64,000 nucleotides of DNA, taken from NCBI GenBank assembly GCA_036567945.1, contig DATCTM010000020.1, forward strand, positions 72 to 64,071, in the 5' to 3' direction. The DNA is from Vicingaceae bacterium (lineage in GTDB: Bacteria > Bacteroidota > Bacteroidia > Flavobacteriales_E > Vicingaceae). Position numbers and translations under genes: made by a program. The notes beneath the pieces were generated by a model. It saw only the letters and a list, made by a program, of their open reading frames with translations. It did no database searches and was not told where the DNA came from. Each line of letters opens with the position of its first letter. Position 1 is the stretch's first letter. Shown one piece after another: positions 9,221-19,346 of this stretch.

Positions 9221-10642
9221 TTATTTACGCTCGAACAATTGTAAAAAAACGGTAGAAGAATTCAGCTCATGAATGGGTTTATAACCTGAATATAAAGCTT
9301 CTAATTCTGCATCGCTAAAACCATTAAACACATTGGAATAGAGTATATAATTATCTTTACCTATATTTTTTGGTTTGAATGAACGAATATCTTCTTCCAT
9401 AAAAATGATAGCATGGTTTCCTAAAACTGGAAAAGCAGCTCCTACTTCATGATATGGAATTTCATTAGCATCTAGATAGTCATTCATCTCTAACTGCAAA
9501 CTATAAAAAGGCAAGTGAGCCAAACTAGCATCCCAACCTTGGGCAATTCTATTAGGATACACCCAAAAATTGCCTGCTAAAAGTGAAACCGTTAACACTC
9601 CAAAAATACTTTTTTTAACTACCGAAGAGGTAATCACTTTATTTGCATAATAGCCTGCTGCTAACAAAATCAACAAATATAAAGGCAATAAATACCTATG
9701 TCCGGTAAGTTGCTGATAATACAAAAATGGAATAATGAAAATGAAGACACTAACTATTATCAATATTAATAATTGTAATGATGTTGATTCTCTCAACAAC
9801 TTTTTTCTATACATTATTGCCATAATTAAAAGAGCAAATACTACCAACACTCTTCCAAAATCTAGTATTCGCCAAGCAAATATTCCTATGTTATATAGCG
9901 CTCCGTTAAAATCATTAGCAATTCTACCTTCTTCCCAAGCAGAATTGGGATGCGACCAAAACCACCCTGTTGCCTTATAGTGATAAAAATGATACCCTAT
10001 AAAAAGTAGAAATGGAAAAGTATAAAACAATGATTTCATTAATAAAAGATGTAATGGGAAACCTCTAAAATGTTGTCTTCTTAATGAAAAAATAAAATCG
10101 ATTAAAAAAATGGTAAATGCTGCTACTATTCCTCTCATACTAATTAAAAACAAGCCAATAAGAGCAAACATTAAAAGCATTTTTCTATTTTCGAAAACAG
10201 CATTAAGTGCCAATAAAAAACAAAAAAGTAATACAATATCTGGAGAAACCATTGCTGCTTGACTTAAAAAAGTGGGATCAACCAGCATCATTAACATCGT
10301 TAATACCAACACATAAGAAGTTCCCATAAATCGTTTGGCTAATATATAAACCTGATAAACAATTCCCAACAAAAATGGCAACATAGCAAAATGAGCTATT
10401 GCCAACGATTTACCAAAAAACTGCCATACTTTAGCTATGTACATTGCCAATAATGGCACATGCCCCGTATCAATCTGATTAGGAAGAATAAAAGAACGAA
10501 AATTATTTTCATAAAAAAAAGTTGCCGGAGCAGCTACTAAATTAATGGTATCCCAAAAAAAGAAATTATTGGAAACATAAGCCGTAAAGAATATGAAAAA
10601 CAGAAAAAATGGAATTAATATTTGAACCTTTCGACTAATCAT
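9221..10642 (-). CDS. polytopic membrane protein, GT-C fold (ArnT/PMT-like) glycosyltransferase candidate
   Basis: 473 aa with more than 10 hydrophobic helices and a soluble C-terminal tail. The family assignment rests on architecture only. Confidence 0.45.
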   Translation of the reverse strand: MISRKVQILIPFFLFFIFFTAYVSNNFFFWDTINLVAAPATFFYENNFRSFILPNQIDTGHVPLLAMYIAKVWQFFGKSLAIAHFAMLPFLLGIVYQVYILAKRFMGTSYVLVLTMLMMLVDPTFLSQAAMVSPDIVLLFCFLLALNAVFENRKMLLMFALIGLFLISMRGIVAAFTIFLIDFIFSLRRQHFRGFPLHLLLMKSLFYTFPFLLFIGYHFYHYKATGWFWSHPNSAWEEGRIANDFNGALYNIGIFAWRILDFGRVLVVFALLIMAIMYRKKLLRESTSLQLLILIIVSVFIFIIPFLYYQQLTGHRYLLPLYLLILLAAGYYANKVITSSVVKKSIFGVLTVSLLAGNFWVYPNRIAQGWDASLAHLPFYSLQLEMNDYLDANEIPYHEVGAAFPVLGNHAIIFMEEDIRSFKPKNIGKDNYILYSNVFNGFSDAELEALYSGYKPIHELNSSTVFLQLFERK

Positions 10643-10680
10643 TAAGCTTTTTTAAGGTTCAAAGATAACAATGTGAATGG

Positions 10681-11265
10681 TTATTTCTTTTTGAGTGCGT
10701 TAAAATTAAATCCTAATCCGAAAGAAATTCTTACTTCATTAAGTGACACTGCTTTATAATTAGACAAGTGCCTTCCATGAATCAATCTACCATCTATAAA
10801 CAAATGAAACCACTTAGAAGCATAATAATTAAAGCCAAAAACACCAGAAATTAAAGGACTAACACTTGTTCCTGATGTAGTTTGAGGTAAGTTATCTAAT
10901 GATTTTTTAGAGCCATTAAAAGATTGCGACAAAGCCAATCCAGGTTGAAAACCAAAGTAAGGGTTAAAATTATTACCCGTTTTAATGTGATAAGATGCTC
11001 CAGAAAATAGCTGATGGTTTTTATTTAATATATTTTCATCATTTTTTAAAAAATGAAAAATATCTCCTCTTACAGAAATTTGCGAGCTAACATAATATTC
11101 TAAATTCCCTGTAAGAAAAATATTAGTTTCATCCATATCCAACAATTTCCCCACACTTATTGTTCCTTGAAATCTTACCAATCCTTTATCCACAACATTA
11201 TTGTTTTCTTGAGAAAAAACAATAAGAGGTATAAAAAATAAAATAAAAACTAACTGTTTTACCAT
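10681..11265 (-). CDS. small outer-membrane beta-barrel protein
   Basis: Signal peptide, alternating-hydrophobic strands, and a C-terminal ...GLGFNF motif near the end. Confidence 0.6.
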   Translation of the reverse strand: MVKQLVFILFFIPLIVFSQENNNVVDKGLVRFQGTISVGKLLDMDETNIFLTGNLEYYVSSQISVRGDIFHFLKNDENILNKNHQLFSGASYHIKTGNNFNPYFGFQPGLALSQSFNGSKKSLDNLPQTTSGTSVSPLISGVFGFNYYASKWFHLFIDGRLIHGRHLSNYKAVSLNEVRISFGLGFNFNALKKK

Positions 11266-11909
11266 AGGTTTCCTAATTTAAAATTAACACTAATTGTAAA
11301 TAACAAATGCCCCTCTAAAGTAGGATTATTATGACTTTCTTTTTCTATATGCAGTTCTTTTACCCCGTCATGTTCATGAATATCCGTATGAATATCATTA
11401 CCTAAATGAATCATGTATTGAGCTCCAAGTGAGATATCAAAATTATTTGTAATATTTAGATGTGTTCCTATCCCCAACTGAGTTGCAGAACTCAATCGAG
11501 ACTGAGCATCATCTACTGTTATATTTTCTGTTGTTTTAACAGGACTCACTTTAGTATAATCAAAACAATGTCCAGCTAAAATATAAGGTACAAGTTTTCC
11601 TTGAGTGTTTAAAGGGTAAAACATTACCGACCAACCAATATGTCTATCATTTCTATATGCTAAGCCATCAATATCTTCTGTAATAAAATCAGCAAACCAT
11701 TCAGTATTTATTCTATTGCTAATTCGTATTCTAAACTGACCTCCAAAACCAGTTCCCACATTGTTAGTACTACCAAAGCCACTTATGGTATTTCTAACGC
11801 CCAACTCAAACATTCCTGAAGTTTTTTTAGCACCTGAAGGACGCATATCTTCCTGTGCATAAAAAGTTATTGGAAATAATAAGGCTATAAATAAAATGAA
11901 TTTGCTCAT
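11259..11909 (-). CDS. small outer-membrane beta-barrel protein
   Basis: Best start is the ATG at 11909 (MSKFILFIALLFPITFYAQ signal peptide). The ORF track extends it to 11987. Beta-strand periodicity; the stop overlaps the next gene's start by 7 nt. Confidence 0.6.
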   Translation of the reverse strand: MSKFILFIALLFPITFYAQEDMRPSGAKKTSGMFELGVRNTISGFGSTNNVGTGFGGQFRIRISNRINTEWFADFITEDIDGLAYRNDRHIGWSVMFYPLNTQGKLVPYILAGHCFDYTKVSPVKTTENITVDDAQSRLSSATQLGIGTHLNITNNFDISLGAQYMIHLGNDIHTDIHEHDGVKELHIEKESHNNPTLEGHLLFTISVNFKLGNLW

Positions 11910-11993
11910 ATGTTTCAAAAATAATATAAATAACGTTTGTATTACTAAAAGATTATCTTGAAAATTATTTTTGGCACTAATAAACAAATAAAC

Positions 11994-12001
11994 TATTTTT
12001 G
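11994..12001 (+). promoter_or_regulatory. candidate -7 box (TATTTTTG)
   Basis: TAnnTTTG match 29 nt upstream of the ATG at 12030. A second identical match lies at 11966-11973. Confidence 0.35.
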
Positions 12002-12029
12002 ATGAATAATCATTTAAACTTTTAGAAAT

Positions 12030-13610
12030 ATGAAAAAATCTTTACTAAAAATTATTTTAGGTGTATTTACCTTAACATTTGGACTTAATGCAAGTGCACA
12101 ATGTCCAACAATAACATGCCCTTCAGACACAATAATCAATAATGACCAAGGTGATTGTGGTGCCATTTTCAGCTACACATCTCCTACAGGGGTTGATTTA
12201 TGTGCTAATGGAACTCAAACATTTAGCTATACTGGAAATGTTCAAACATTTACTGTTCCTACAGGGGTAACCTCTATTTCAATTCAAGCTTATGGTGCTC
12301 AAGGAGGTGATAATGGAACTTGGCTTGGTGGACAGGGAGGATATGCAGCAGGAGATTTAGCTGTAACACCTGGTCAAGTATTAAACATATATGTTGGAGG
12401 TAAAGGATCTAATGGAACTGGAAGTGCGGCTAATTGTGGATCACAAGGAGGCTTTAATGGTGGTGGAAACACAGGTGCTACATGTTGTAGTAATGCTGGT
12501 GGTGGTGCTGGTGCTGGTGGTGGTGCTTCTGATGTAAGATTAGCAGGAAACACTTTGAATGACAGAGTTATTGTTGCTGCCGGAGGTGGTGGTGCCGGAG
12601 ATAATGAAAATGGTGCTAACGGTGGTGGATTAGTAGGTGATGATGGTGGTACTTATAACGGAGTAACCTCAACTGGAGGGACCCAAACTGCTGGAGGTTT
12701 AGCTGGAGGAACTTATTTCCCAAACCATACCTGCTCACCAGCAACAGATGGAAGTTTTGGACTAGGAGGAGACGGAGACGCCAATGATGGTGGCGGTGGT
12801 GGTGGAGGCTGGTACGGTGGTGGTGGTGGAGCCAACAACGCACATGGTGCCGGTGGATCTTCTTATATAGGAGGAGTAACTAATAGCACAACTACTTCAG
12901 GAGGTAGAACAGGAGATGGAGAAATAGTTATAACATACCAAGGAGCCCCAGTATCAACTAATCAGACTAATGGATTGTCTTCTGGAACAACTTTCCCTAT
13001 AGGTATTACAACTAATACTTTTGTAGCTACTAATAACTTTGGATCTGCTACATGTAGTTTTAATGTTACTGTTGTAGATGTAGAAGCTCCAACCATTTCT
13101 TGTCCAGGTGACACAACTCTATGTGACACAACTGCTACAACAATAAACAATATTGCTCCTGTTACATCTGATAACTGTTCTGGAGAAACTGTAAGCTATA
13201 CATTAACTGGAGCTACTACAGGTTCAGGAACAGGTGATGCTAGTGGAACCACTTTCAATAATGGTGTAACTACCGTTAAGTATATTGTTGCTGATACTTC
13301 TGGAAATCTAGATAGTTGTACTTTTAATGTAGAAATATTAACTTGCGTAGGAATTAATGAAAATCAAGATTTACAAGGAATAGATATTTTCCCAAATCCT
13401 GCAACAGATTTTGTTACTGTTCAGGTTAATGAAAACTATTCTTCACTTAATGTATCTTTAACTTCTATCGAAGGTAAAGTCGTTTTTCAACAAAATAATA
13501 TGTCTAAAAAAATATTAAAAATTGATATCTCTAATTTTGATAATGGCGTTTACTTTTTAAAGGTAACTAATGGTGCAAAATCTAATGATTATAAATTAAT
13601 TAAAAATTAA
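12030..13610 (+). CDS. glycine-rich, HYR-domain protein with T9SS type A C-terminal sorting domain
   Basis: Signal peptide and a CPxITCP...DCG HYR-like segment. Glycine-rich block (FTVPTGVTSISIQAYGAQGG...GGGGGGGWYGGGGG). Second HYR segment (EAPTISCPGD...TVKYIVADTSGN). C-terminus IFPNPATDFVTVQ...GVYFLKVTNG is typical of Por/T9SS tails. Confidence 0.8.
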   Translation: MKKSLLKIILGVFTLTFGLNASAQCPTITCPSDTIINNDQGDCGAIFSYTSPTGVDLCANGTQTFSYTGNVQTFTVPTGVTSISIQAYGAQGGDNGTWLGGQGGYAAGDLAVTPGQVLNIYVGGKGSNGTGSAANCGSQGGFNGGGNTGATCCSNAGGGAGAGGGASDVRLAGNTLNDRVIVAAGGGGAGDNENGANGGGLVGDDGGTYNGVTSTGGTQTAGGLAGGTYFPNHTCSPATDGSFGLGGDGDANDGGGGGGGWYGGGGGANNAHGAGGSSYIGGVTNSTTTSGGRTGDGEIVITYQGAPVSTNQTNGLSSGTTFPIGITTNTFVATNNFGSATCSFNVTVVDVEAPTISCPGDTTLCDTTATTINNIAPVTSDNCSGETVSYTLTGATTGSGTGDASGTTFNNGVTTVKYIVADTSGNLDSCTFNVEILTCVGINENQDLQGIDIFPNPATDFVTVQVNENYSSLNVSLTSIEGKVVFQQNNMSKKILKIDISNFDNGVYFLKVTNGAKSNDYKLIKN

Positions 13611-13630
13611 AAGTTAATTAATTAGATATA

Positions 13631-13667
13631 AAAAAAGAGGCTATTCTAGGAATAGCCTCTTTTTTTT
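13631..13667. terminator. bidirectional intrinsic terminator between convergent genes
   Basis: 11-bp stem AGAGGCTATTC/GAATAGCCTCT with a 3-nt loop, an A-run upstream and a T7 run downstream. The T-run overlaps the radA stop. Confidence 0.8.
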
Positions 13668-15039
13668 ATCCAAACAATTTTGAAAAAATAGATTCTATTT
13701 TATTTACAAATACGATTTCTATTTTGTGCTGACTAACATCCAACCCTTTTTGGTTATATTTAGAAACGAAAATTTTTTCAAAACCTAATTTTTCAGCTTC
13801 TGTAATGCGTTGCTCTACCCTACTTATTGGTCTAATTTCTCCCGACAACCCTACCTCAGCAGCAAAGCAATATAATGATGGTATGGAAATGTTTTCTCCT
13901 GAAGAAAGTACTGCACTTACCACCGCTAAATCTACAGCCGGATCATCTATTTTTAATCCTCCGGCAACATTTATAAATACATCTTTAGCACCTAATTTAA
14001 ACCCACAACGCTTTTCCAATACTGCCAACAACATGTTTAATCGTTTAGTATCAAAACCTGTTGACGAGCGTTGTGGCGTTCCATAAGCAGCAGAGCTTAC
14101 TAAAGCTTGAATTTCTACTAACAAAGGTCTGTTTCCTTCCATAGTTGCAGCAACTGCAGCTCCACTAAAGTTTTCATCGCTGTTGCTTAATAGTATTTCT
14201 GAAGGGTTATCAACTTCTCTTAATCCTGCTCCATGCATTTCATAAATCCCTAATTCATTGGTGGAACCAAACCTATTTTTTACCGAACGCAACAGTCTGT
14301 AAATATGATTTCTATCTCCTTCAAATTGCAGTACAACATCTACCATGTGTTCCAAAATTTTTGGTCCGGCAATGGTGCCATCTTTAGTAATATGTCCCAC
14401 CAAAAAAACAGGCGTATTGCTTTCTTTAGCATATCGCATCAATTCAGCAGTACATTCTCTTACTTGAGAAATACTTCCCGGAGATGAATCAATAGTAGCA
14501 GTATGTAAGGTTTGAATAGAATCTATCACCAAAATATCAGGAACAATTTCATTTATATGATGAAAAATATTTTGCGTTGATGTTTCTGTCAACACATAAC
14601 AATCGGAATTTTTATTTCCTATTCTATCGGCACGCATTTTTAATTGCTGACCACTTTCTTCACCGGAAACATATAGAATTTTCTGTCCTTTTAATCTCAA
14701 AGACATTTGCAACATAAGTGTTGACTTTCCAATACCCGGATCTCCTCCAAAAAGAATTAATGAACCCGGTACTAAACCACCACCTAACACTCTATTTAAC
14801 TCTGTTCCCGGAAGTTTAATTCTAGGAATTTCTGCTAACTCAATAGTATCTACAGGAAGTGGTTTGTTATTCTTTTTTATATTAAAAGAACCTTTCACCT
14901 CGTTGGGATGAGGCTTACTAATAACTTCTTCAACTATGGTGTTCCACTCGTTACACGAAGAACATTTACCTACCCATTTAGGATATTGAGCTCCACAACT
15001 TTGGCAGAAAAAGGCTGTTTTTACTTTTGTTTTTGCCAT
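13666..15039 (-). CDS. radA: DNA repair protein RadA/Sms
   Basis: N-terminal zinc ribbon (CQSCGAQYPKWVGKCSSCNEWN), Walker A GDPGIGKST, KNRFG motif, and a Lon-like C-terminal domain. Confidence 0.92.
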   Translation of the reverse strand: MAKTKVKTAFFCQSCGAQYPKWVGKCSSCNEWNTIVEEVISKPHPNEVKGSFNIKKNNKPLPVDTIELAEIPRIKLPGTELNRVLGGGLVPGSLILFGGDPGIGKSTLMLQMSLRLKGQKILYVSGEESGQQLKMRADRIGNKNSDCYVLTETSTQNIFHHINEIVPDILVIDSIQTLHTATIDSSPGSISQVRECTAELMRYAKESNTPVFLVGHITKDGTIAGPKILEHMVDVVLQFEGDRNHIYRLLRSVKNRFGSTNELGIYEMHGAGLREVDNPSEILLSNSDENFSGAAVAATMEGNRPLLVEIQALVSSAAYGTPQRSSTGFDTKRLNMLLAVLEKRCGFKLGAKDVFINVAGGLKIDDPAVDLAVVSAVLSSGENISIPSLYCFAAEVGLSGEIRPISRVEQRITEAEKLGFEKIFVSKYNQKGLDVSQHKIEIVFVNKIESIFSKLFG

Positions 15040-15054
15040 AGCGTGTCACTTATA

Positions 15055-16863
15055 TTAAACTGTAGTTGAGCGTCTTGCTATTTTTTTATTTAAAGATTTT
15101 TGAATGTCGTCTATCTCTCCTTTAGGAATAGCATTAATCAATGATTTGGTATAATCAGTTTTTGGATTATTATAAATCTCATCTGCATAACCCATTTCTT
15201 TAACAACTCCCTCTTGCATTACTATCATTTTATCACTCATAAATTTAACAACCGATAAATCGTGTGAGATAAAGATGTATGTAAACTTAAATTCTTCTTT
15301 TAGTTCATTCAGCAAGTTCAGTACCTGTGCCTGAACAGATACATCTAATGCAGAAACAGACTCATCGCAAATAATGAATTTAGGATTTAACGCTAATGAA
15401 CGGGCAATACAAATACGTTGTCTTTGTCCTCCCGAAAACTCATGCGGATATCTGTAAAAATGATGCTCCGGTAAATCAACACGCTTCAATAATTCCATTA
15501 CTCTTTCTTTTCTTTCTGCATCACTATTAAACACATTATGTACACGCATGGGTTCCATAATCGCTTCGCCAATAGTAATTCTGGGATTTAAAGATGAGTA
15601 AGGATCTTGGAAAATAATTTGCATTTCTTTTCTGTACTCACGCATTTCCTTCACACTAAGATTCGTAATATCTTTCCCTTCAAAAATAATATTTCCGGCT
15701 GTTGGTTCCACCAATTTTAAAATGGTTCTTCCTAAGGTTGTTTTTCCACAACCCGACTCACCCACTAAACCTAAAGTTTCTCCGGGATAAACCTTAAAAG
15801 AAACATCATTAACTGCTTTTACATATTCTTTTGCTCTGCCAAAAACTCCTTTACTTATCGGAAAATAAGTTTTCAGGTTTTTAATTTCTAAAATGGGCTC
15901 TTGAGCATATATTTTCTCGTGCTTTTTAGCTGTCTCTTCCGGACTAATCACCAAATTTTCTGTAACTTCTTCTACCGATTTATTTTTTTCTTTCATCTCT
16001 CCGTTTTCATCTACACTCATAAAATCTGAAACGGTAGGTAGCCAGTGGAGCCTTCTATTTAATGGCGGACGACAAGCTAACAAGCCTTTGGTGTAAGGGT
16101 GTTGCGGATTAGTAAAAATATCCATTACTGTTCCTTGCTCCACAATTTTACCTTTGTACATTACCACTACTTTATCGGCCAATTCAGCAATAACACCTAA
16201 ATCATGAGTAATAAACATAATCCCCATATCTTGTTCTTGCTGCAATTGCATCATCAACTCCAAAATGGTTTTTTGTACAGTAACATCTAATGCTGTTGTA
16301 GGTTCATCAGCAATTAATATAGAAGGATTGCAAGACATTGCCATGGCTATCATCACCCTTTGTTTCTGACCACCTGAAATTTGGTGAGGATATGTATCAA
16401 ACATCACATCAGGACGAGGTAGTTCTACTTTTTTAAATAACTCTATGGTTATCTTTTTAGCTTCTTTTTTATTTACTTTTTGATGCAACATAATGGCTTC
16501 TGCCACTTGATCTCCACAAGTATAAACAGGGTTTAAAGAAGTCATCGGTTCTTGGAAAATCATAGCAATTTCATTCCCTCTTAAACTTCGCATTTGTTTT
16601 TCAGTAGCTTTTACCAAGTCAATTACGCCATCTTTACCATGAAATAAAATTTCTCCACTAGTAATTTCTCCTGGAGGATTAGGAATTAAACGCATGGCTG
16701 ATAGTGATGTAACCGATTTTCCTGAACCTGACTCACCAACTATTCCTATGGTTTCTCCTTTGTTTAACGTAAATGAAACGTTATTAACTGCTTTGGTAAC
16801 TTCTCCGTCCGAACGAAATTCTGTAACTAAATTTTTGATTTCTAAAAGCGTTCTATTTTCCAT
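15055..16863 (-). CDS. ABC transporter ATP-binding protein with two fused ATPase domains (Dpp/Opp/YejF type)
   Basis: Two Walker A motifs (GESGSGKS, GESGCGKT), two signature motifs (SGGQKQR, SGGQRQR), and PQHPYTKGLL-type oligopeptide C-terminal motifs. No permease gene is adjacent. Confidence 0.85.
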   Translation of the reverse strand: MENRTLLEIKNLVTEFRSDGEVTKAVNNVSFTLNKGETIGIVGESGSGKSVTSLSAMRLIPNPPGEITSGEILFHGKDGVIDLVKATEKQMRSLRGNEIAMIFQEPMTSLNPVYTCGDQVAEAIMLHQKVNKKEAKKITIELFKKVELPRPDVMFDTYPHQISGGQKQRVMIAMAMSCNPSILIADEPTTALDVTVQKTILELMMQLQQEQDMGIMFITHDLGVIAELADKVVVMYKGKIVEQGTVMDIFTNPQHPYTKGLLACRPPLNRRLHWLPTVSDFMSVDENGEMKEKNKSVEEVTENLVISPEETAKKHEKIYAQEPILEIKNLKTYFPISKGVFGRAKEYVKAVNDVSFKVYPGETLGLVGESGCGKTTLGRTILKLVEPTAGNIIFEGKDITNLSVKEMREYRKEMQIIFQDPYSSLNPRITIGEAIMEPMRVHNVFNSDAERKERVMELLKRVDLPEHHFYRYPHEFSGGQRQRICIARSLALNPKFIICDESVSALDVSVQAQVLNLLNELKEEFKFTYIFISHDLSVVKFMSDKMIVMQEGVVKEMGYADEIYNNPKTDYTKSLINAIPKGEIDDIQKSLNKKIARRSTTV

Positions 16864-17087
16864 ATTCCCTTTAAATCTTATTGTAGAATAATATTCATTT
16901 TATTAAAGGCAATAAAAATACATTTTTAATGCAAGTTGCACAAGATTTATAAAAAATATACACTCTTTTTTAGACGACCTCCTGATTTTAAACGACAAAA
17001 TTTAGATAACACTGTCTGTAACAGTTTGTTGTTAACTATTTCACAATAGACAAACTTGAAAAATTCCATATTACCCCATCCACAAAC

Positions 17088-17591
17088 TCACTCACTTAAA
17101 TCATAAATCTTAATAACGAAATAACCGTAACCATGCTTTTCGCTATCTTCTTTTAATGCTACCTCAACAGGTTTTTTGGTGATAGATGATGTTGTTCTCC
17201 AAGTGGTGAATCCATCTTGTTCTAACTTATTTTCCCCGTAATTATCGTTGTAATATTCGGTAAATTCCTGAGCTACTTTTTTAGCATCTTCTGCCAAATC
17301 AAAATAGGCTGCAATTTCAATTTCATAAAGTTTTTTTTCATAAAAATCGTAAGTAACGGTATAACTATTCCCCATGCTGATATCGTAGTCGTAATGCAAA
17401 TACTGCGGCTGATCATCTATCAAAAAAGCATTATCTTCAACAGCTTTTACAGTTGTCATGTCAGCCCCAATTTTAACTCCTCTAATATGTTCTTTTTCAG
17501 TTTTATTTATGGCTTTAAAGAAATCGCTACGCTTAGTAGTACAGGCAGAAATAACCGCCAAAACCATAATAATTATTGCTGTTTTTTTCAT
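17088..17591 (-). CDS. hypothetical lipoprotein
   Basis: Lipobox MKKTAIIIMVLAVISAC from the ATG at 17591. The ORF track starts 6 codons earlier, at 17609. Confidence 0.6.
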   Translation of the reverse strand: MKKTAIIIMVLAVISACTTKRSDFFKAINKTEKEHIRGVKIGADMTTVKAVEDNAFLIDDQPQYLHYDYDISMGNSYTVTYDFYEKKLYEIEIAAYFDLAEDAKKVAQEFTEYYNDNYGENKLEQDGFTTWRTTSSITKKPVEVALKEDSEKHGYGYFVIKIYDLSE

Positions 17592-17618
17592 ATTATTTAA
17601 GTTATCCATTAATTTCTC

Positions 17619-17640
17619 GCAAAGACGCGAAGACGCAAAA
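17619..17640. repeat. GC-rich tandem octamer (AAGACGCG AAGACGCA) in an AT-rich spacer
   Basis: CGCAAAGACGCGAAGACGCAAAA. AAGACGC occurs at 17622-17628 and 17630-17636. Confidence 0.5.
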
Positions 17641-17680
17641 AAGTTGTTTGTTAATCGTTATTGGTAATTCTTCCGGCTTT

Positions 17681-18403
17681 TTAGTTAAAAACAATATTCT
17701 CTTCTTTCACCAAATCTTCGTTTCTGTAACGTAAAAACAATTGTGTAAGTGCCACTACGTCTTTTTCACAATAAATTTTTATGCGTTCTACATCTTTCTC
17801 TTCCCAATATACTTGGTTTACCATACTTCCGTCAATATCGTCTTTTGGTGTTGGGATATTAAATATTGCCGTTAGCAACCCGAGCGAAGTATAATTTTTG
17901 TAATCACCAAATTTCCATAGCTGCAAGGTATCTAAATGAGCAACTTCCCAAGGTTTTTTGCCTGCCAAATCTAAAATAAATGGGATATTTAACCCGTTTA
18001 CCAAAGCTCTTCGGGCAATGTATGGAAAATCGAACTCTTTACCATTATGAGCACAAAGCAAATGGTCGGCTTGGTTGAAATAATTGTTAAGCAAATCGAA
18101 AAATTCTTCTAACAACAGTTTTTCATCATCGCCATAAAAAGATTTTAATCGGAGTTTTTTTTCGCTGCCTTCGTAAGTAATAAACCCCACAGAAATACAA
18201 ACAATTTTTCCGAATTCGGCATAAATACCGGCTCTGGAATAAGCTTCTTCAGGTGTTTCATCTGCAGCTATATACTTGGCTTTTTGTTCCCAAAATTTTT
18301 GTAGACGCTCATCCACCGAATTAAAATTGGGTTGTTGAGCTACTGTTTCTATATCTAAAAAAAGAATTTTTTCTAGTCGGATTTTTTCTAACATAAGCAC
18401 CAT
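17681..18403 (-). CDS. 3'-5' exonuclease, PolB-exonuclease-like (RNase H fold)
   Basis: LFLDIETV (Exo I-like DxE), HNGKEFDFPY (Exo II-like), YCEKDV (Exo III-like). Confidence 0.65.
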   Translation of the reverse strand: MVLMLEKIRLEKILFLDIETVAQQPNFNSVDERLQKFWEQKAKYIAADETPEEAYSRAGIYAEFGKIVCISVGFITYEGSEKKLRLKSFYGDDEKLLLEEFFDLLNNYFNQADHLLCAHNGKEFDFPYIARRALVNGLNIPFILDLAGKKPWEVAHLDTLQLWKFGDYKNYTSLGLLTAIFNIPTPKDDIDGSMVNQVYWEEKDVERIKIYCEKDVVALTQLFLRYRNEDLVKEENIVFN

Positions 18404-18563
18404 TTTAAAACCGACAATAAAAGTAAGGCTTTTTGAAAAGGTGTAAAGAATTTTTGAAGATTATTTTTTCGACCCTCCCAACAAACTTAAAAGTTATTGT
18501 CCAATAACACAAATTTCAATCAATTATAATAATAATGGAGAAGGTTCTAAGCAAAATTAGTTA

Positions 18564-19250
18564 TTAGTCTCCACAATATTTCTCAATTAGACTGACTGCA
18601 TCTTCATCTCCAAGCCCCCTAGCTTTCTCCCAATCTTCACAAGCTCCTTCAATATGATTCATTTTATATTTTGCAACCCCATTATTATATAAAGCATCAA
18701 CATGTTTATTATCAAGAGATATCGCTTTTGAAAAATAAAAAACACTTGTCAACAACCTGTTTTCTTGTAATTCTACAACCCCAAGATTATAATAGTAGTC
18801 TGCAGAATAAGAGGCTTCATAAAGAACTGTAGTTTTAATTCTTTCATCTTTCTCTTCACCACATGTCAAACATTTAAAACTAACAGGAAAGGTCATTCTC
18901 ACATCTACCTTTTTACCATTATGTTGTCCTGACAACCACATACCATCAGTTAAACTAATAACATTTATGGCCTCTTGAGCACACCCCTCTCCAATATCTT
19001 TTAAAATCTTAAAATCTTTTGTTTGCCCTAATGTATCCACTACAAATGAAATAAATACCTTCCCCTGAATATTATTCATTTTAGCTTCACTTGGATAAAT
19101 AATATTAGTACCTATAAACCTATATAGTTGTTCTTGTCCATAAACAAATAACGGCATAGAATCAACAATAGTATATACTTTAGACGAGTCTTGTCCATAA
19201 GTTTTTATTGTCTGAATTATTATAAAAGATATAAAAATTATTTTTTTCAT
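18564..19250 (-). CDS. secreted TonB-C-terminal-domain protein fused to TPR repeats
   Basis: Signal peptide; YPSEAKMNNIQGKVFISFVVDTLGQ is a TonB_C signature. The C-terminal half has TPR-like AxxYYNLG / ALYNNG repeats. No Pro-rich linker and no TM anchor. Confidence 0.6.
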   Translation of the reverse strand: MKKIIFISFIIIQTIKTYGQDSSKVYTIVDSMPLFVYGQEQLYRFIGTNIIYPSEAKMNNIQGKVFISFVVDTLGQTKDFKILKDIGEGCAQEAINVISLTDGMWLSGQHNGKKVDVRMTFPVSFKCLTCGEEKDERIKTTVLYEASYSADYYYNLGVVELQENRLLTSVFYFSKAISLDNKHVDALYNNGVAKYKMNHIEGACEDWEKARGLGDEDAVSLIEKYCGD

Positions 19251-19346
19251 TTTTGCTTAAGTATTTCAATTTAATAACCTAAAGTTGATAGCTAAATTAA
19301 ACCTGACTCATTAATTATTCTTAGCTTTTTAAAATTTTTTATCCCC

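Noticed and set aside
15055-16863. Fused double ABC ATPase with no adjacent permease, considered as an ABC-F-type or orphan system
   Set aside because: The motifs are of the Dpp/Opp/YejF importer ATPase type rather than ABC-F. Permease genes are often encoded elsewhere, and nothing in the sequence itself is unusual.
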